This document shows, one piece after another, positions 37,518 to 47,260 of a stretch of DNA of 64,000 nt. The first letter of the stretch is position 1, and every line of letters begins with the position of its first letter. The position numbers and the translations under genes were made by a program. The notes under the pieces are model-generated. The model saw nothing but the letters and a program-made list of their open reading frames with translations. It was not told the origin of the DNA and did not search any database. The DNA is taken from contig JBIOXB010000230.1 in the NCBI GenBank assembly GCA_044869275.1, positions 32,001 to 96,000 on the forward strand. Reading direction: 5' to 3'. The DNA is from a bacterium. Its GTDB lineage: Bacteria > Zhuqueibacterota > Zhuqueibacteria > Zhuqueibacterales > Zhuqueibacteraceae.

Positions 37518-39332
37518 TCAATCCAACTCAAATTCCTTTTGCCAATCGACATCGTGCTCTAGAGCTTTTTGTTCCTTCTTGTCGAGCAGATAATTGCCCA
37601 TGATCAAATAATCCATGTGGGTGCGCATGAAACAGGTGAAAGCATTTTCTGGTGTGCACACAATAGGCTCGCCACGAACATTAAATGAGGTGTTGATGAT
37701 TACCGGGCATCCGGTTTTATCACGAAACGCTCTAATGATTTCATAGTACAGTGGATGATCTTCTTTATGCACGGTTTGAATGCGCGCGGAATAATCCACA
37801 TGAGTCACTGCCGGAAGAGTGGAACGGACCATTTTCAGTTTCTCAATACCCCATTCCCCGTTTTGCATCCGCCCCGTTCGCCACTTTTCCAAAACCGGTG
37901 CGACCAACAGCATGTACGGACTTTCGCGATCAAGCTGAAAATAATCGGCAACGTGTTCCGCCAAAACCGAAGGTGCAAAAGGCCTAAAACTTTCCCGAAA
38001 TTTGATCTTCAAGTTCATGATCGATTGCATTTTGGGTGAGCGGGCGTCTCCAATGATGCTGCGGCTTCCGAGTGCGCGCGGGCCGAATTCCATGCGTCCT
38101 TGAAACCAGCCGATGACGTGTTCCTGTGCCAGCAAATCCGCAATCGTGGCCGGGATCTCTGCGTCAGATAGCTTGCGGTAAGGAATTTTTCTTGGCTCTA
38201 AAAATGCCTCGATCTGTTCAGGATCGTACTTCGGGCCTAGATACGAGCCCCGTTGAAAGTCGCGGCGATCCTGGCGCGTTTGGCGGGGTTTGCCGAGATA
38301 GCGGTACCAAGTGTAGAGCGCTGCACCGAGCGCGCCACCGGCATCGCCCGCCGCCGGCTGAATCCATATATCTTCAAATGGCCCTTCACGCAAAATACGG
38401 CCGTTGCCAACGCAGTTGAGCGCTACGCCGCCTGCCAGCACGAGATATTTCATTTTCGTCTCTTGATGAACGTGCCGCGCCATGCGCAACATGATTTCTT
38501 CCGTCACCTCCTGAATCGAGCGGGCCAGATCCATTTCGCGCTGTGTAAGCTTGCTCTCCGGCTTGCGCGCCTGGCCGCCGAAGAGTTCGGCAAACCGATC
38601 GTTCGTCATGGTCAAGCCGGCACAGTAGTCGAAATACTTCATGTTCATTTTGAACGAGCCGTCATCTTTGAGATCGATCAACTCCTTGAGAATGACATCA
38701 ACATATTTTGGCTCGCCATAAGGTGCCAGGCCCATGACTTTATATTCGCCGGAATTGACCTTGAATCCGGTAAAATAGGTGAAGGCCGAATACAGCAGCC
38801 CAAGCGAGTGCGGAAATTTGAGCTCCGCCAGCAGCTCGAATTCATTGCCACGACCAACTCCATAGCTGGAAGTGCACCATTCGCCTACGCCATCGATGGT
38901 CAAGATCGCGGCTTCTTGATAAGGAGAAGGATAGAAAGCTGAAGCCGCGTGGGATTCATGGTGCTCCGGAAAAATAATCTGGCCTTCGAAACCAAGTTCA
39001 TTCTTGAGGTATTCCTTTATCCATAACTTGCTCTTGAGCCACAACGGCATTGCCATGATGAAAGATTTGAGGCCTCGAGGCGCATAAGCAAGGTAGGTCG
39101 TCAGCAAGCGCTCGAATTTTATGAAAGGTTTGTCATAAAATGCGACGTAGTCCAGCTGGGCGGCCCCGACATGGCCTTCTTTCAAACAATACTCAACGGC
39201 GTGCGCGGGAAAACTGAAATCGTGTTTTTTGCGCGTGAATCTTTCTTCCTGCGCCGCAGCGATAATTTCTCCGTCGCGCACCAAACAGGCCGCGCTATCG
39301 TGATAAAATGCGGAGATACCCAGAATCTGCAT
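37518..39332 (-). CDS. O-carbamoyltransferase (NodU/CmcH family)
   Basis: ILGISAFYHDSAA, QEERF.R, HHESHAASA, GEYKVMGLAPYG, AGGVALNC, EFGPRALG.RS, KFRESFRPFAP, NTSFN.RGEP. Confidence 0.95.
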   Translation of the reverse strand: MQILGISAFYHDSAACLVRDGEIIAAAQEERFTRKKHDFSFPAHAVEYCLKEGHVGAAQLDYVAFYDKPFIKFERLLTTYLAYAPRGLKSFIMAMPLWLKSKLWIKEYLKNELGFEGQIIFPEHHESHAASAFYPSPYQEAAILTIDGVGEWCTSSYGVGRGNEFELLAELKFPHSLGLLYSAFTYFTGFKVNSGEYKVMGLAPYGEPKYVDVILKELIDLKDDGSFKMNMKYFDYCAGLTMTNDRFAELFGGQARKPESKLTQREMDLARSIQEVTEEIMLRMARHVHQETKMKYLVLAGGVALNCVGNGRILREGPFEDIWIQPAAGDAGGALGAALYTWYRYLGKPRQTRQDRRDFQRGSYLGPKYDPEQIEAFLEPRKIPYRKLSDAEIPATIADLLAQEHVIGWFQGRMEFGPRALGSRSIIGDARSPKMQSIMNLKIKFRESFRPFAPSVLAEHVADYFQLDRESPYMLLVAPVLEKWRTGRMQNGEWGIEKLKMVRSTLPAVTHVDYSARIQTVHKEDHPLYYEIIRAFRDKTGCPVIINTSFNVRGEPIVCTPENAFTCFMRTHMDYLIMGNYLLDKKEQKALEHDVDWQKEFELD

Positions 39333-39409
39333 GATGCAACTCCAGACTGGTAACAATGTAGATGGCAAAATACGACTGAAGCTTTCTTTGCGCCGCTATG
39401 GTTCCCGAA

Positions 39410-40945
39410 TCAGAACTTTTTCATTAGCTTGGCCGTCCACTTCACAAACATCACGCGATCTTCCTGCTCCAAACTGAAAAGCAAAGTTCCAGCCGTAAAA
39501 ACACCGAATAAAATTCCCCCTTTCACAAAAATGCCCAATGGCGTTGCCAGCCAGGCCAGCATTGCCGCAAGCGCACCAACGCAAAGCAGCTTCCCCGTCA
39601 CCCATGTGTAAGGAAGCACACCGAGAAAATGCCGCAAGGTGATCAATCTGCCTAGATTGAGCACGATCACTCCGGCCCCGGTTCCGCAGGCCGCACCCAC
39701 CGCGCCCCATGTCGGAATGAGAATGAAATTCAAGCCCACCGTCAGCAAGGCGGCGGCAATCACCAAAGCCAGGCCCGCGCGCTCGCGCCCGATCATCTGC
39801 AGAAACTGGCCTGCCGGGCCGACGGCGGCATCGATGAAAGAAGCAGCAGTGACCAGCATCAAAACCGGCAGCGCAGAATCGAATTCCTTGCCGAAAATCT
39901 GCAGCAGCTCACGGCCGAATGAGACGCACACCAAACAGACGGGCAACGTCGCCAGCATCGACCAGCGTACCACGGTGCGATAATGGTGCACGATGGTGGG
40001 GCGGTCGTTACGCGCGAAAGCTTCGGCGATGGCGGTACTGAACATGGGCACGAAAGAACCCATGGCCATGGTTTGAAATGCGGCCAGGCGTTGGGCCGCG
40101 TGATACAAGCCGACCTGCGCCATTTGGCTGAACGCGCCGAGCAGCATCCGGTCGCCTTGATTCATCAAGGTCACGAGCAAACGATTGAACCAGATGGGAA
40201 GGGCAAAGCGCCGGATTTCCCTGCCCAGAGCATGATCGGGCGCAACGTGCGGGACGGATTTAAAAGAACGATAGACGCGCATGCCGCCATAACACGAGGC
40301 CACCACCGTGCTGCCCCAAAACGCCAACCAAGCATTCTGCAATGTCGGCGTGCTCACCAGAAAAGCGCACGCGCACAACACTAGAAAGAGCGCTGGATGT
40401 GCGACTTCTTTCATAACCGCTTCCGCCGTGGCCGCGCGCAAGCCGCGCATAGCAAAACCGAGCCAATTCAATCCACTGAGGAAAGGCACCACCATTCCCA
40501 CCCAAAACAAGACCGGCGCCATCTCCGGCTTTTGAAAAATCACAGTTGCCATCGGCTCGCGCACTAGGATGATCAGGAGCCCGAGCGCCATGGACATGCA
40601 GACCACGCGAGGCAGCGCGAAGTGCATTACGCCGCGCACGATTTCGGGCCGCTGTTGCGCCCGCCCCATTGCCAGATAGCGCGCCGTAGCCTGGTGCAAA
40701 CCGGCCTGGCTGAACGCCGTCAGAAAACTCAAAATCGCCTGCCCGAGGGTGAAGGCGCCGAATGCGGCCAGGCCCAGCGTGTTTGAGAGCAGGGCTTGCG
40801 CGGCGAAATTCAACCACCTGCCGATCATCGTGCTGATGAAAACGGCCCCGCCGCTCTTGGCCAGGGCCGCGTTTTTCATGTGGCCATTGGCGTTGGTGAT
40901 ATTGGCAGCAACAGGTTTCGCTGGCGAAGCTTCTGTCATCAGCAC
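39410..40945 (-). CDS. Wzx-type flippase
   Basis: About 12-14 TM segments; LG...FG, D..LLG, GLY..A, LIP.WG..GAA. Confidence 0.88.
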   Translation of the reverse strand: MLMTEASPAKPVAANITNANGHMKNAALAKSGGAVFISTMIGRWLNFAAQALLSNTLGLAAFGAFTLGQAILSFLTAFSQAGLHQATARYLAMGRAQQRPEIVRGVMHFALPRVVCMSMALGLLIILVREPMATVIFQKPEMAPVLFWVGMVVPFLSGLNWLGFAMRGLRAATAEAVMKEVAHPALFLVLCACAFLVSTPTLQNAWLAFWGSTVVASCYGGMRVYRSFKSVPHVAPDHALGREIRRFALPIWFNRLLVTLMNQGDRMLLGAFSQMAQVGLYHAAQRLAAFQTMAMGSFVPMFSTAIAEAFARNDRPTIVHHYRTVVRWSMLATLPVCLVCVSFGRELLQIFGKEFDSALPVLMLVTAASFIDAAVGPAGQFLQMIGRERAGLALVIAAALLTVGLNFILIPTWGAVGAACGTGAGVIVLNLGRLITLRHFLGVLPYTWVTGKLLCVGALAAMLAWLATPLGIFVKGGILFGVFTAGTLLFSLEQEDRVMFVKWTAKLMKKF

Positions 40946-41062
40946 AGTTTCTTTCAGAGTTGGCTAGCACTACAACTTTAAGTGAACGCCACCACCAGGA
41001 ATGTCCTCCCGAGGTTTCGGGATGACAGGGCTGAAACGTGCACATGGAAAACTGCCAGAGCA

Positions 41063-42016
41063 CTAAAGCCGTGCATCCGCTTCGGCCTTGTTGGCTTCGT
41101 ACCAGGTGATCGTCTTCGCCAGTCCCTCGCGCAGCGAAGTCGGTGGTTGCCAGTTCAGCACGCTCTTCATCTTCTCGACGGCCAGCACTTTTTTGTATTG
41201 GCCGTCAGGCTTAGCGCTGTTCCAGCGGATCTCGCCGCGATAACCACTGGCCTCTTGCATGGCTTCCGCCAGCTCGCGAATGCTGGTGCCCACGCCCGTG
41301 CCGATATTCATCGGCGCCAGATCGTGATATCTTTCTGCTGCCAGTAAAATGCCTTCGGCACAATCATCGACATAAAGAAACTCGCGTACCGGCTTGCCGG
41401 TACCCCACACCTCGACGCTGGCGGCATTTTGCCTCTTGGCTTCGACGAATTTTCGCACCAACGCCGCGGCCACATGCGAGCGATCAGGATGGAACGTGTC
41501 GCGCGGCCCGTAGAGGTTGGTGAGAATGAGATGGATGCTGTTCAAGCCAAACTGCTTCTGATAGGCCGCTCCCTGAATGCTCATGATTTTTTTGGTGATG
41601 CCATAATTCACCACGGTTTCATGCGGCAGCCCGCGCCACAAATCCTCTTCCGCCAACTCGTCTTCCAGATCTCCGGGATAGGAGCAGGCCGTGCCCACTT
41701 GCACGACTTTTTCCACACCGCACTTGCGCGCCGCTTCCATGACGTTCGCGCCCATCAACAAATTCTCGTAATAAATGCGCGCCGGATAAAGCTGGTTGAT
41801 CCAAATCCCACCGTAATAGGCCGCACAATGAATCACGATCTGCGGCTTGAACGTGTTGAAACACTTCTCCGCCGCCTCCAGCATGATGAAATCGAATTGT
41901 TGCTTGCGAGGAACGATGACCTCGCAGCCGGCGTGCTGCAAGCGGGCAGTGATATGGCTGCCGAGAAAGCCGGCGCCACCGGTCACCAGCACGCGTTTAT
42001 TTTTCCAGAAGCTCAT
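41063..42016 (-). CDS. GDP-L-fucose synthase-like NAD(P)-dependent epimerase/reductase
   Basis: TGGAGFLG, GGI..N...PA, CSYP, YGITK, NLYGP.D.F....SHV, WGTG.P.REFLYV.D. Start overlaps the upstream stop. Confidence 0.85.
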   Translation of the reverse strand: MSFWKNKRVLVTGGAGFLGSHITARLQHAGCEVIVPRKQQFDFIMLEAAEKCFNTFKPQIVIHCAAYYGGIWINQLYPARIYYENLLMGANVMEAARKCGVEKVVQVGTACSYPGDLEDELAEEDLWRGLPHETVVNYGITKKIMSIQGAAYQKQFGLNSIHLILTNLYGPRDTFHPDRSHVAAALVRKFVEAKRQNAASVEVWGTGKPVREFLYVDDCAEGILLAAERYHDLAPMNIGTGVGTSIRELAEAMQEASGYRGEIRWNSAKPDGQYKKVLAVEKMKSVLNWQPPTSLREGLAKTITWYEANKAEADARL

Positions 42017-43017
42017 GAACGATAACCATATCTGCGATTCAACCAGCCCGCCAGCAGGGTGAAGGTCAAACGCCGGCCGGCGGGAAGCTCCGTGCGCCAT
42101 TTTTCATCCAGACGAATCGCGCCACCGGTTTGAAAACGCCAGCGGCTGCCGGAAATATTGTGCGCCACCGGCTTGTCGCCTGCCAGCAATTCCGGGGCAA
42201 AATTCAGATTCAAAAACTCGCACAAGCGCTGCGTGACCGCCGCGGATTCGTTGGCAAAATCTTCATATTTGATCGTGCACCAGCTGGTCTGGGGCAAGCG
42301 CGAGCAGAGCAAAGTGCTGAGTGCGTTGGTCAGCAGCCAGCGCCACGTCGCGCGCCACGCACTTTGCGCCGGTGCTGTGGCTCCGCCTTGTGCCGGCATG
42401 CCGACCGGGCGGCGGGTGGAATTGAGATACGCGCGGCCGTCGCGAATGAGATGAATGACTTTGACATTGAAAAACCCCGAAGCGCAAAGATAGAGCAAGC
42501 GCATGGGATTCTTCGATGAATCCAAGATCACAGGCTTGTTCGCAACCTCTTGTACGGCTTTGAACAAGCGCTGCGTCGCCAGCGCGTAACCTTGTGCTTG
42601 TTTGCGCGAGGGCAGTTTTTTGCTGCGCAGCAAGCGCAAAAAAGCTCCGGCTTTCGCCCGGCGGTTTTGCACTGGCGCCACCAAGGTTTCACCTTCGCAG
42701 GCGCGCAGCTTCGCGGCCACTGCCTGCCAGAAACCGCAGGAAGCGAAAGGCGCGCCACACGTGCATTCAAAATTGTTTTTCACCCAGCGGCTGTGGTACC
42801 AAACCTCGCCTACGCTCGCCACGCGCGGATGCGCGCCGAGCACGAGATCGAGCAACGTCGAGCCGCTGCGGCCGCAACCGAGCAGGTATATCACCTCGAT
42901 TTTTTCCGGCGGCACTTCCCCCGGCTTCGCGGAGACTTTGAATCCTTCCCCGCGCCAGTTTTCCACCTTGCCATTGGCGCGAGGCGGAAGCGTGTCGAAA
43001 GCCAGGTGCGCCATCAC
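42013..43017 (-). CDS. Sulfotransferase
   Basis: YLLGCGRSGSTLL, GE, C.CG.....C.FW, DSSK, HLIRDGR, YED. Confidence 0.87.
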   Translation of the reverse strand: MMAHLAFDTLPPRANGKVENWRGEGFKVSAKPGEVPPEKIEVIYLLGCGRSGSTLLDLVLGAHPRVASVGEVWYHSRWVKNNFECTCGAPFASCGFWQAVAAKLRACEGETLVAPVQNRRAKAGAFLRLLRSKKLPSRKQAQGYALATQRLFKAVQEVANKPVILDSSKNPMRLLYLCASGFFNVKVIHLIRDGRAYLNSTRRPVGMPAQGGATAPAQSAWRATWRWLLTNALSTLLCSRLPQTSWCTIKYEDFANESAAVTQRLCEFLNLNFAPELLAGDKPVAHNISGSRWRFQTGGAIRLDEKWRTELPAGRRLTFTLLAGWLNRRYGYRS

Positions 43018-43943
43018 ACGTTCGCGTAAGGATTCTTCACATCGACGACTTGATAAGCTTTGATCAGCTCATCAATGCCCGCTTCGATGGATACCGTAGT
43101 ATGATAGCCCAGCGCATTGATCTTGGCGTACGATACTTCGTAATTGCGCTGATCTTCGTCCTTGCCAACGTCCGCATAATGCAAATAGAAGTCGAATTTC
43201 TGCTGCAACAGATTGGCGACGTCTTCCTTGCTGTAATTCATGTGCTCGGACCCAACGTTGTAGACGTTGCCGGTCATGCCCGCGGCATTCTCCAGCGCGA
43301 ACATAAAGCTGCGTGCCATGTCGATGACGTGAATAAACGTGCGCTTGAACGAGCGCTCGTACACGATCAGATTCCGCGCTTTCACGGCTTGGTACACGAA
43401 GTCATTGATAAGTAAGTCGAGGCGCATGCGCGCCGACACGCCGAAGGCGGTGGCGTAGCGATAGCAGATGGTGTGGGGTGAATTCAGCAGATGCTGTTCG
43501 GCCTGCGTTTTGGTCGTGCCGTAAATGGTAAGCGGATTGAGTGGTGTTTCCTCCGTGCACATTTGTCCCACCACCGCGCCGTAGTTGGAGCCGGTCGAGG
43601 CATAAACGAGCACCTGGCTGCGATCACGGTTTTTCTCGACAATCTTGGTGCCGATGTAATTGACGTCGTGCGCGAGCTGCTCGTTTTTTTTGCACGCAGG
43701 ATAACCGACGATCGCTGCCAAATGGATGATGGCGTCGACGCCCTTCACCGCCTGGCGCACGGCGTTTTCATCCAAGATATTGCCTTTGATGAATTCGAAG
43801 CGCGGATCGCTGAAAAAAGGGAGAAGGGCCTGGCCGCCGTACATCAAGCAATCCAACACGCGCACGTGATGCCCGGCGGACAACAAACGTGGAATCAATA
43901 CGGTGCCGACGTAACCGGCGCCGCCGGTGACGAGCAATTTCAT
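43014..43943 (-). CDS. NAD-dependent nucleotide-sugar epimerase/dehydratase
   Basis: TGGAGYVG, HLAAIVG.PAC, AST.S.YG, YGTTK, R.DL..N. Confidence 0.87.
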   Translation of the reverse strand: MKLLVTGGAGYVGTVLIPRLLSAGHHVRVLDCLMYGGQALLPFFSDPRFEFIKGNILDENAVRQAVKGVDAIIHLAAIVGYPACKKNEQLAHDVNYIGTKIVEKNRDRSQVLVYASTGSNYGAVVGQMCTEETPLNPLTIYGTTKTQAEQHLLNSPHTICYRYATAFGVSARMRLDLLINDFVYQAVKARNLIVYERSFKRTFIHVIDMARSFMFALENAAGMTGNVYNVGSEHMNYSKEDVANLLQQKFDFYLHYADVGKDEDQRNYEVSYAKINALGYHTTVSIEAGIDELIKAYQVVDVKNPYANV

Positions 43944-44181
43944 CCTGAAGTCTCCTTTGGTGTTTCGTCGCAGCGCCTTTAGGCGCACCACCCTGCTCTC
44001 GTTCCCGGCTCCGCCGGAAAACGGGTTATCCGCCGAAATCGCAAGCTTGAAGCTTATTCCAATGGATAGCAATGATCATTCATGAGCTTTGCGAAACGGG
44101 GCCAGGAAATTGATTTTCCCCATTGTCTCCTTTTACCATACCACGTTAGCGTGCCTTGGCCAGTGGCAATAGTTCCAAGCT

Positions 44182-44218
44182 TTTTCTCGTTCCCAAGCAT
44201 AGTTTGGGAACGAGAAAA
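44182..44218. repeat. REP-like perfect hairpin
   Basis: TTTTCTCGTTCCCAA-N7-TTGGGAACGAGAAAA (15-bp stem); a related CTCGTTCCCGG...AACG unit lies at about 43998. Confidence 0.7.
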
Positions 44219-44323
44219 CATCCTGTCTATGTCCCGCACATTCTCAGCCAGAATCTTTGTAGAAATGTACGCAGTACTCGTTGCGTCACAAGATTCCTGC
44301 GGAATGACAATTATAAATATCAA

Positions 44324-45670
44324 TTATATCAGCGCCACACCATCCATATCCTGCGGCACCGGCACGTTCATCATCTTCAAAATCGTGGGCGCGAGGTCGC
44401 CGATCCACAGCTCGTTGTGCGGCCGCTTGATCTCATGATGACGAATGAACAACAGTGAGTCTTCGAACGTGTGCATGCCCACCAGCGCGCTTTTTTCGCC
44501 CGGCACTTCTTTGCGGATGTCGCCTTTCAAATCATAGCCATCGTGCGGCACGGCGATCAAATCCGCTGCGCATTCGAAGTTCTGGCCGGAGTAGATGTTC
44601 TCGCGCTTGAGCACTTGGCGAATAATCGGCGCGCCGGTTTCGCTGTCCTTGAACTCCAGCAAAGCCGCGGAAAGTTTTTCCCGCGCAGCTTCATAATGTT
44701 CCGGCAAATCCGAGCCGGCCGGCTCGCGACCCTGGAGATTGACGAATACCCGGCCTGGTATCAAGCTATAGCCCAAAGATTCCGCGTGCATATCGGCCAG
44801 CGTTTGGGGCGGAGAATTTTTGAACTTCAGCAAGCCGGCTTCAACCAAATACCAATTCAAAAAGATTTCCTTTTGGATCGTGCAAAACCCGTGATCGGAA
44901 AGCACGATGAAATCGGCGTCCGGGCCGATTTTCCTTTCGACTTCGCCGAGCACTTCGTCGACGCGCTGGTAAAAATCGTAGAAAGCCTTGGCATATTTCG
45001 GATCGTCCTTTTCCATGTGTTCCCAGAAAAAGTGGTTCATGCGATCCGTTTCCATGAGGTGGCATTGAAAGAAATCCCATGCTTCTCTGGCCAGGTAGTG
45101 AAACATGGCTTCAACCCGCTTGGTCAACGCCGTGTTGCACTCTTCCAAAAACTTATCCAAGTCTTGGCGCGCGAGCGCAGCCTCGGCGTCGATTTTGTAG
45201 CCCATCTGCTTCAATTCCTGCGACACGTGCGCGGGATACGCCACCTTTTCGATTTGCGTGCAGAGAAAACATCCCACCATGATGCCGTTGACTTTCCGGG
45301 GCGGATAAGTCACCGGCACGTTCATCACGAACACGCGCTTGCCCGCTCGGCTCATGATTTCCCAAATCGTGTCGCTCTTCATGTTGGCTGAAGTCGGCAC
45401 GAAGATTTCGAAGCTACCCGGTTTTTTGTCGACGAATCCAAAGATATTGTGCTTCGCCGGATTTTTGCCGGTCATATAACTCGACCACGCCACCGACGAA
45501 ATGCACGGCTGCACGGAATTCATCCGGCGAAACGAGCCGTTGTCCACCAGCTTTTTAAAGTTGGGGAAATGCCCCCTCTCCATGTGAGTTTTCATGAAAT
45601 CATAGGGCACGCCATCAATCGAGATGACAAAGACTTTTCCGGATTTTTTGTTTTTCAAAAAATTGAACAT
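44324..45670 (-). CDS. Alkaline phosphatase superfamily protein (NPP-like), without the LGY tail
   Basis: SIDGVP, P.ISSVAWSS..TG.NP.KH, DR..H, LSDHGF, GMH, DLAPT. Start at MFNFLK. Confidence 0.87.
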   Translation of the reverse strand: MFNFLKNKKSGKVFVISIDGVPYDFMKTHMERGHFPNFKKLVDNGSFRRMNSVQPCISSVAWSSYMTGKNPAKHNIFGFVDKKPGSFEIFVPTSANMKSDTIWEIMSRAGKRVFVMNVPVTYPPRKVNGIMVGCFLCTQIEKVAYPAHVSQELKQMGYKIDAEAALARQDLDKFLEECNTALTKRVEAMFHYLAREAWDFFQCHLMETDRMNHFFWEHMEKDDPKYAKAFYDFYQRVDEVLGEVERKIGPDADFIVLSDHGFCTIQKEIFLNWYLVEAGLLKFKNSPPQTLADMHAESLGYSLIPGRVFVNLQGREPAGSDLPEHYEAAREKLSAALLEFKDSETGAPIIRQVLKRENIYSGQNFECAADLIAVPHDGYDLKGDIRKEVPGEKSALVGMHTFEDSLLFIRHHEIKRPHNELWIGDLAPTILKMMNVPVPQDMDGVALI

Positions 45671-45699
45671 GATGATGGCGCCGTCAAGAAATGGACCGG

Positions 45700-46617
45700 C
45701 TAAACATGATAACCCAATCTCTCTAGCATCTCCCCTGCTTCGCGCTTCATACTTTCCAGCGTCGCGGCCGGAAGCTGGAGATAATTTTTCATGCTGGGCC
45801 GAAATCCTTTGCTGGCGGAAGCGATCGGATCTTCGAGGCCGCCGACGTCGTGTTCGTGTTTGTAATACTCCAGCACCTGTGGCTCCCACGGTTCGCCTAA
45901 AAACGCGAAAATCTGTTTGCCGGTTTGCTCCGGCGCTTGCACGAATTCTTCGTATTTGAAGGCAAAGACACGCGCGCGATGCGTGTGCTCGAAGGCGAGC
46001 ATCTTGCGGCATTGCACCGCCCAATAGCGTGCGGCACCGGCGTAGGGATCGCCGCACGCTTCCTTGTGCGGTCGCGCGAGTCTGATATTCCGCCGCGGCC
46101 CGATGGAGTTTGCCACGTCCAAACCGTGACGGTAGATGAAAAGATATTTGCACGCCGGGCCATAGAGCCGTTCAATGAAATCCAGGCAATCGACGTACTG
46201 CGGGCTTTTGTCCGCCCAGCGCGGCTTGCCGCGTGCCGCCGCGTAAGCGTCAAAAAAGTAGTCGCTGAATTCGCGCAGCTTGATGAACACATGCTCGGGT
46301 TCGAATCCCAGAGCCGCCAGGCCATGCAAAGCGGCCTCTTCGCGCAGCATGCCGCTGAGCGGCAGCAGAAACACGGACTCCCGCGGCACGGCGATGCGCG
46401 AATGGCTGTCTAACACCAAGCGCAGCAGAGTCGTGCCGGAACGATGCACACCGATGATGAAAATCGGCACCTCCATGCGCGTTTTCGGGGGCGGAGCTAC
46501 GAAGACACGCTGCGTGGCGACGGCCATACGCAGACGGCGCCGCAGACGTGCCGTTAGACTGGGACGCGTGCGCTGCGCAGCAGATGCGTGCGTGCTCTGC
46601 AAATCCACCCCGCTCAT
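45700..46617 (-). CDS. Sulfotransferase (tyrosylprotein sulfotransferase-like fold)
   Basis: [26 protein letters not shown]...DV..S, YEE. Confidence 0.88.
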   Translation of the reverse strand: MSGVDLQSTHASAAQRTRPSLTARLRRRLRMAVATQRVFVAPPPKTRMEVPIFIIGVHRSGTTLLRLVLDSHSRIAVPRESVFLLPLSGMLREEAALHGLAALGFEPEHVFIKLREFSDYFFDAYAAARGKPRWADKSPQYVDCLDFIERLYGPACKYLFIYRHGLDVANSIGPRRNIRLARPHKEACGDPYAGAARYWAVQCRKMLAFEHTHRARVFAFKYEEFVQAPEQTGKQIFAFLGEPWEPQVLEYYKHEHDVGGLEDPIASASKGFRPSMKNYLQLPAATLESMKREAGEMLERLGYHV

Positions 46618-47249
46618 ACATATCCCAGATCATGCAGGCGTTGCTGCAACTTTGCCTCTTCCGTGGTGGTCAAGGCGCCGTGGCCATTCGCGCCGTCTGC
46701 CGGAAAATAACCGAGCTTTTCCAGCGTGCGCACGATTTTCTCCGCGGACTCTGCGGGCGTTTCGTTTTCCGTTTCACATATGACTTCAGGATTTTCCGGC
46801 GGTTCATAGGGATCACTGACGCCGGTAAATTCTTTGATCTCGCCGGCCAGGGCTTTTTTGTAAAGGCCTTTGACGTCGCGCTGAATGCATGCTTCCAAAG
46901 AGGCCTTGACGTAGACCTCGACAAAATCCTTGATCAACGCACGATTTTCGTCGCGCAGGTTGCGATAGGGCGAAATCGCCGCTGAAATCACAAAGACGCC
47001 GTTGCGCGCCAGCAAATGGCAAACGAAGCCGATGCGGCGAATGTTGATGTCGCGATCTTCCTTGGAGAAACCCAGACCTTTGCTGAGATTTGTGCGGACG
47101 ACATCGCCATCCAGCACTTCGACTTTGCAGCCGCGCGCTCGCAACATCGGAACCAACTCGCCGGTAATGGTGCTTTTGCCGGCGCCGGATAAACCCGTCA
47201 TCCAAATCGTGCAACCTTTGTTCGAATTCATTCTGACGAACCTTTCCAT
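46614..47249 (-). CDS. cysC: Adenylyl-sulfate kinase with a C-terminal extension
   Basis: [44 protein letters not shown]. Confidence 0.95.
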   Translation of the reverse strand: MERFVRMNSNKGCTIWMTGLSGAGKSTITGELVPMLRARGCKVEVLDGDVVRTNLSKGLGFSKEDRDINIRRIGFVCHLLARNGVFVISAAISPYRNLRDENRALIKDFVEVYVKASLEACIQRDVKGLYKKALAGEIKEFTGVSDPYEPPENPEVICETENETPAESAEKIVRTLEKLGYFPADGANGHGALTTTEEAKLQQRLHDLGYV

Positions 47250-47260
47250 GAGTTAAAAAA

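Noticed and set aside
36832..39332. Saxitoxin biosynthesis (sxtI/J/K-like genes)
   Set aside because: No sxtA or other core sxt genes; the cassette sits in a polysaccharide locus.
27081..45670. Sulfatases
   Set aside because: The three AlkP-superfamily proteins lack the C/SxPxR formylglycine motif.
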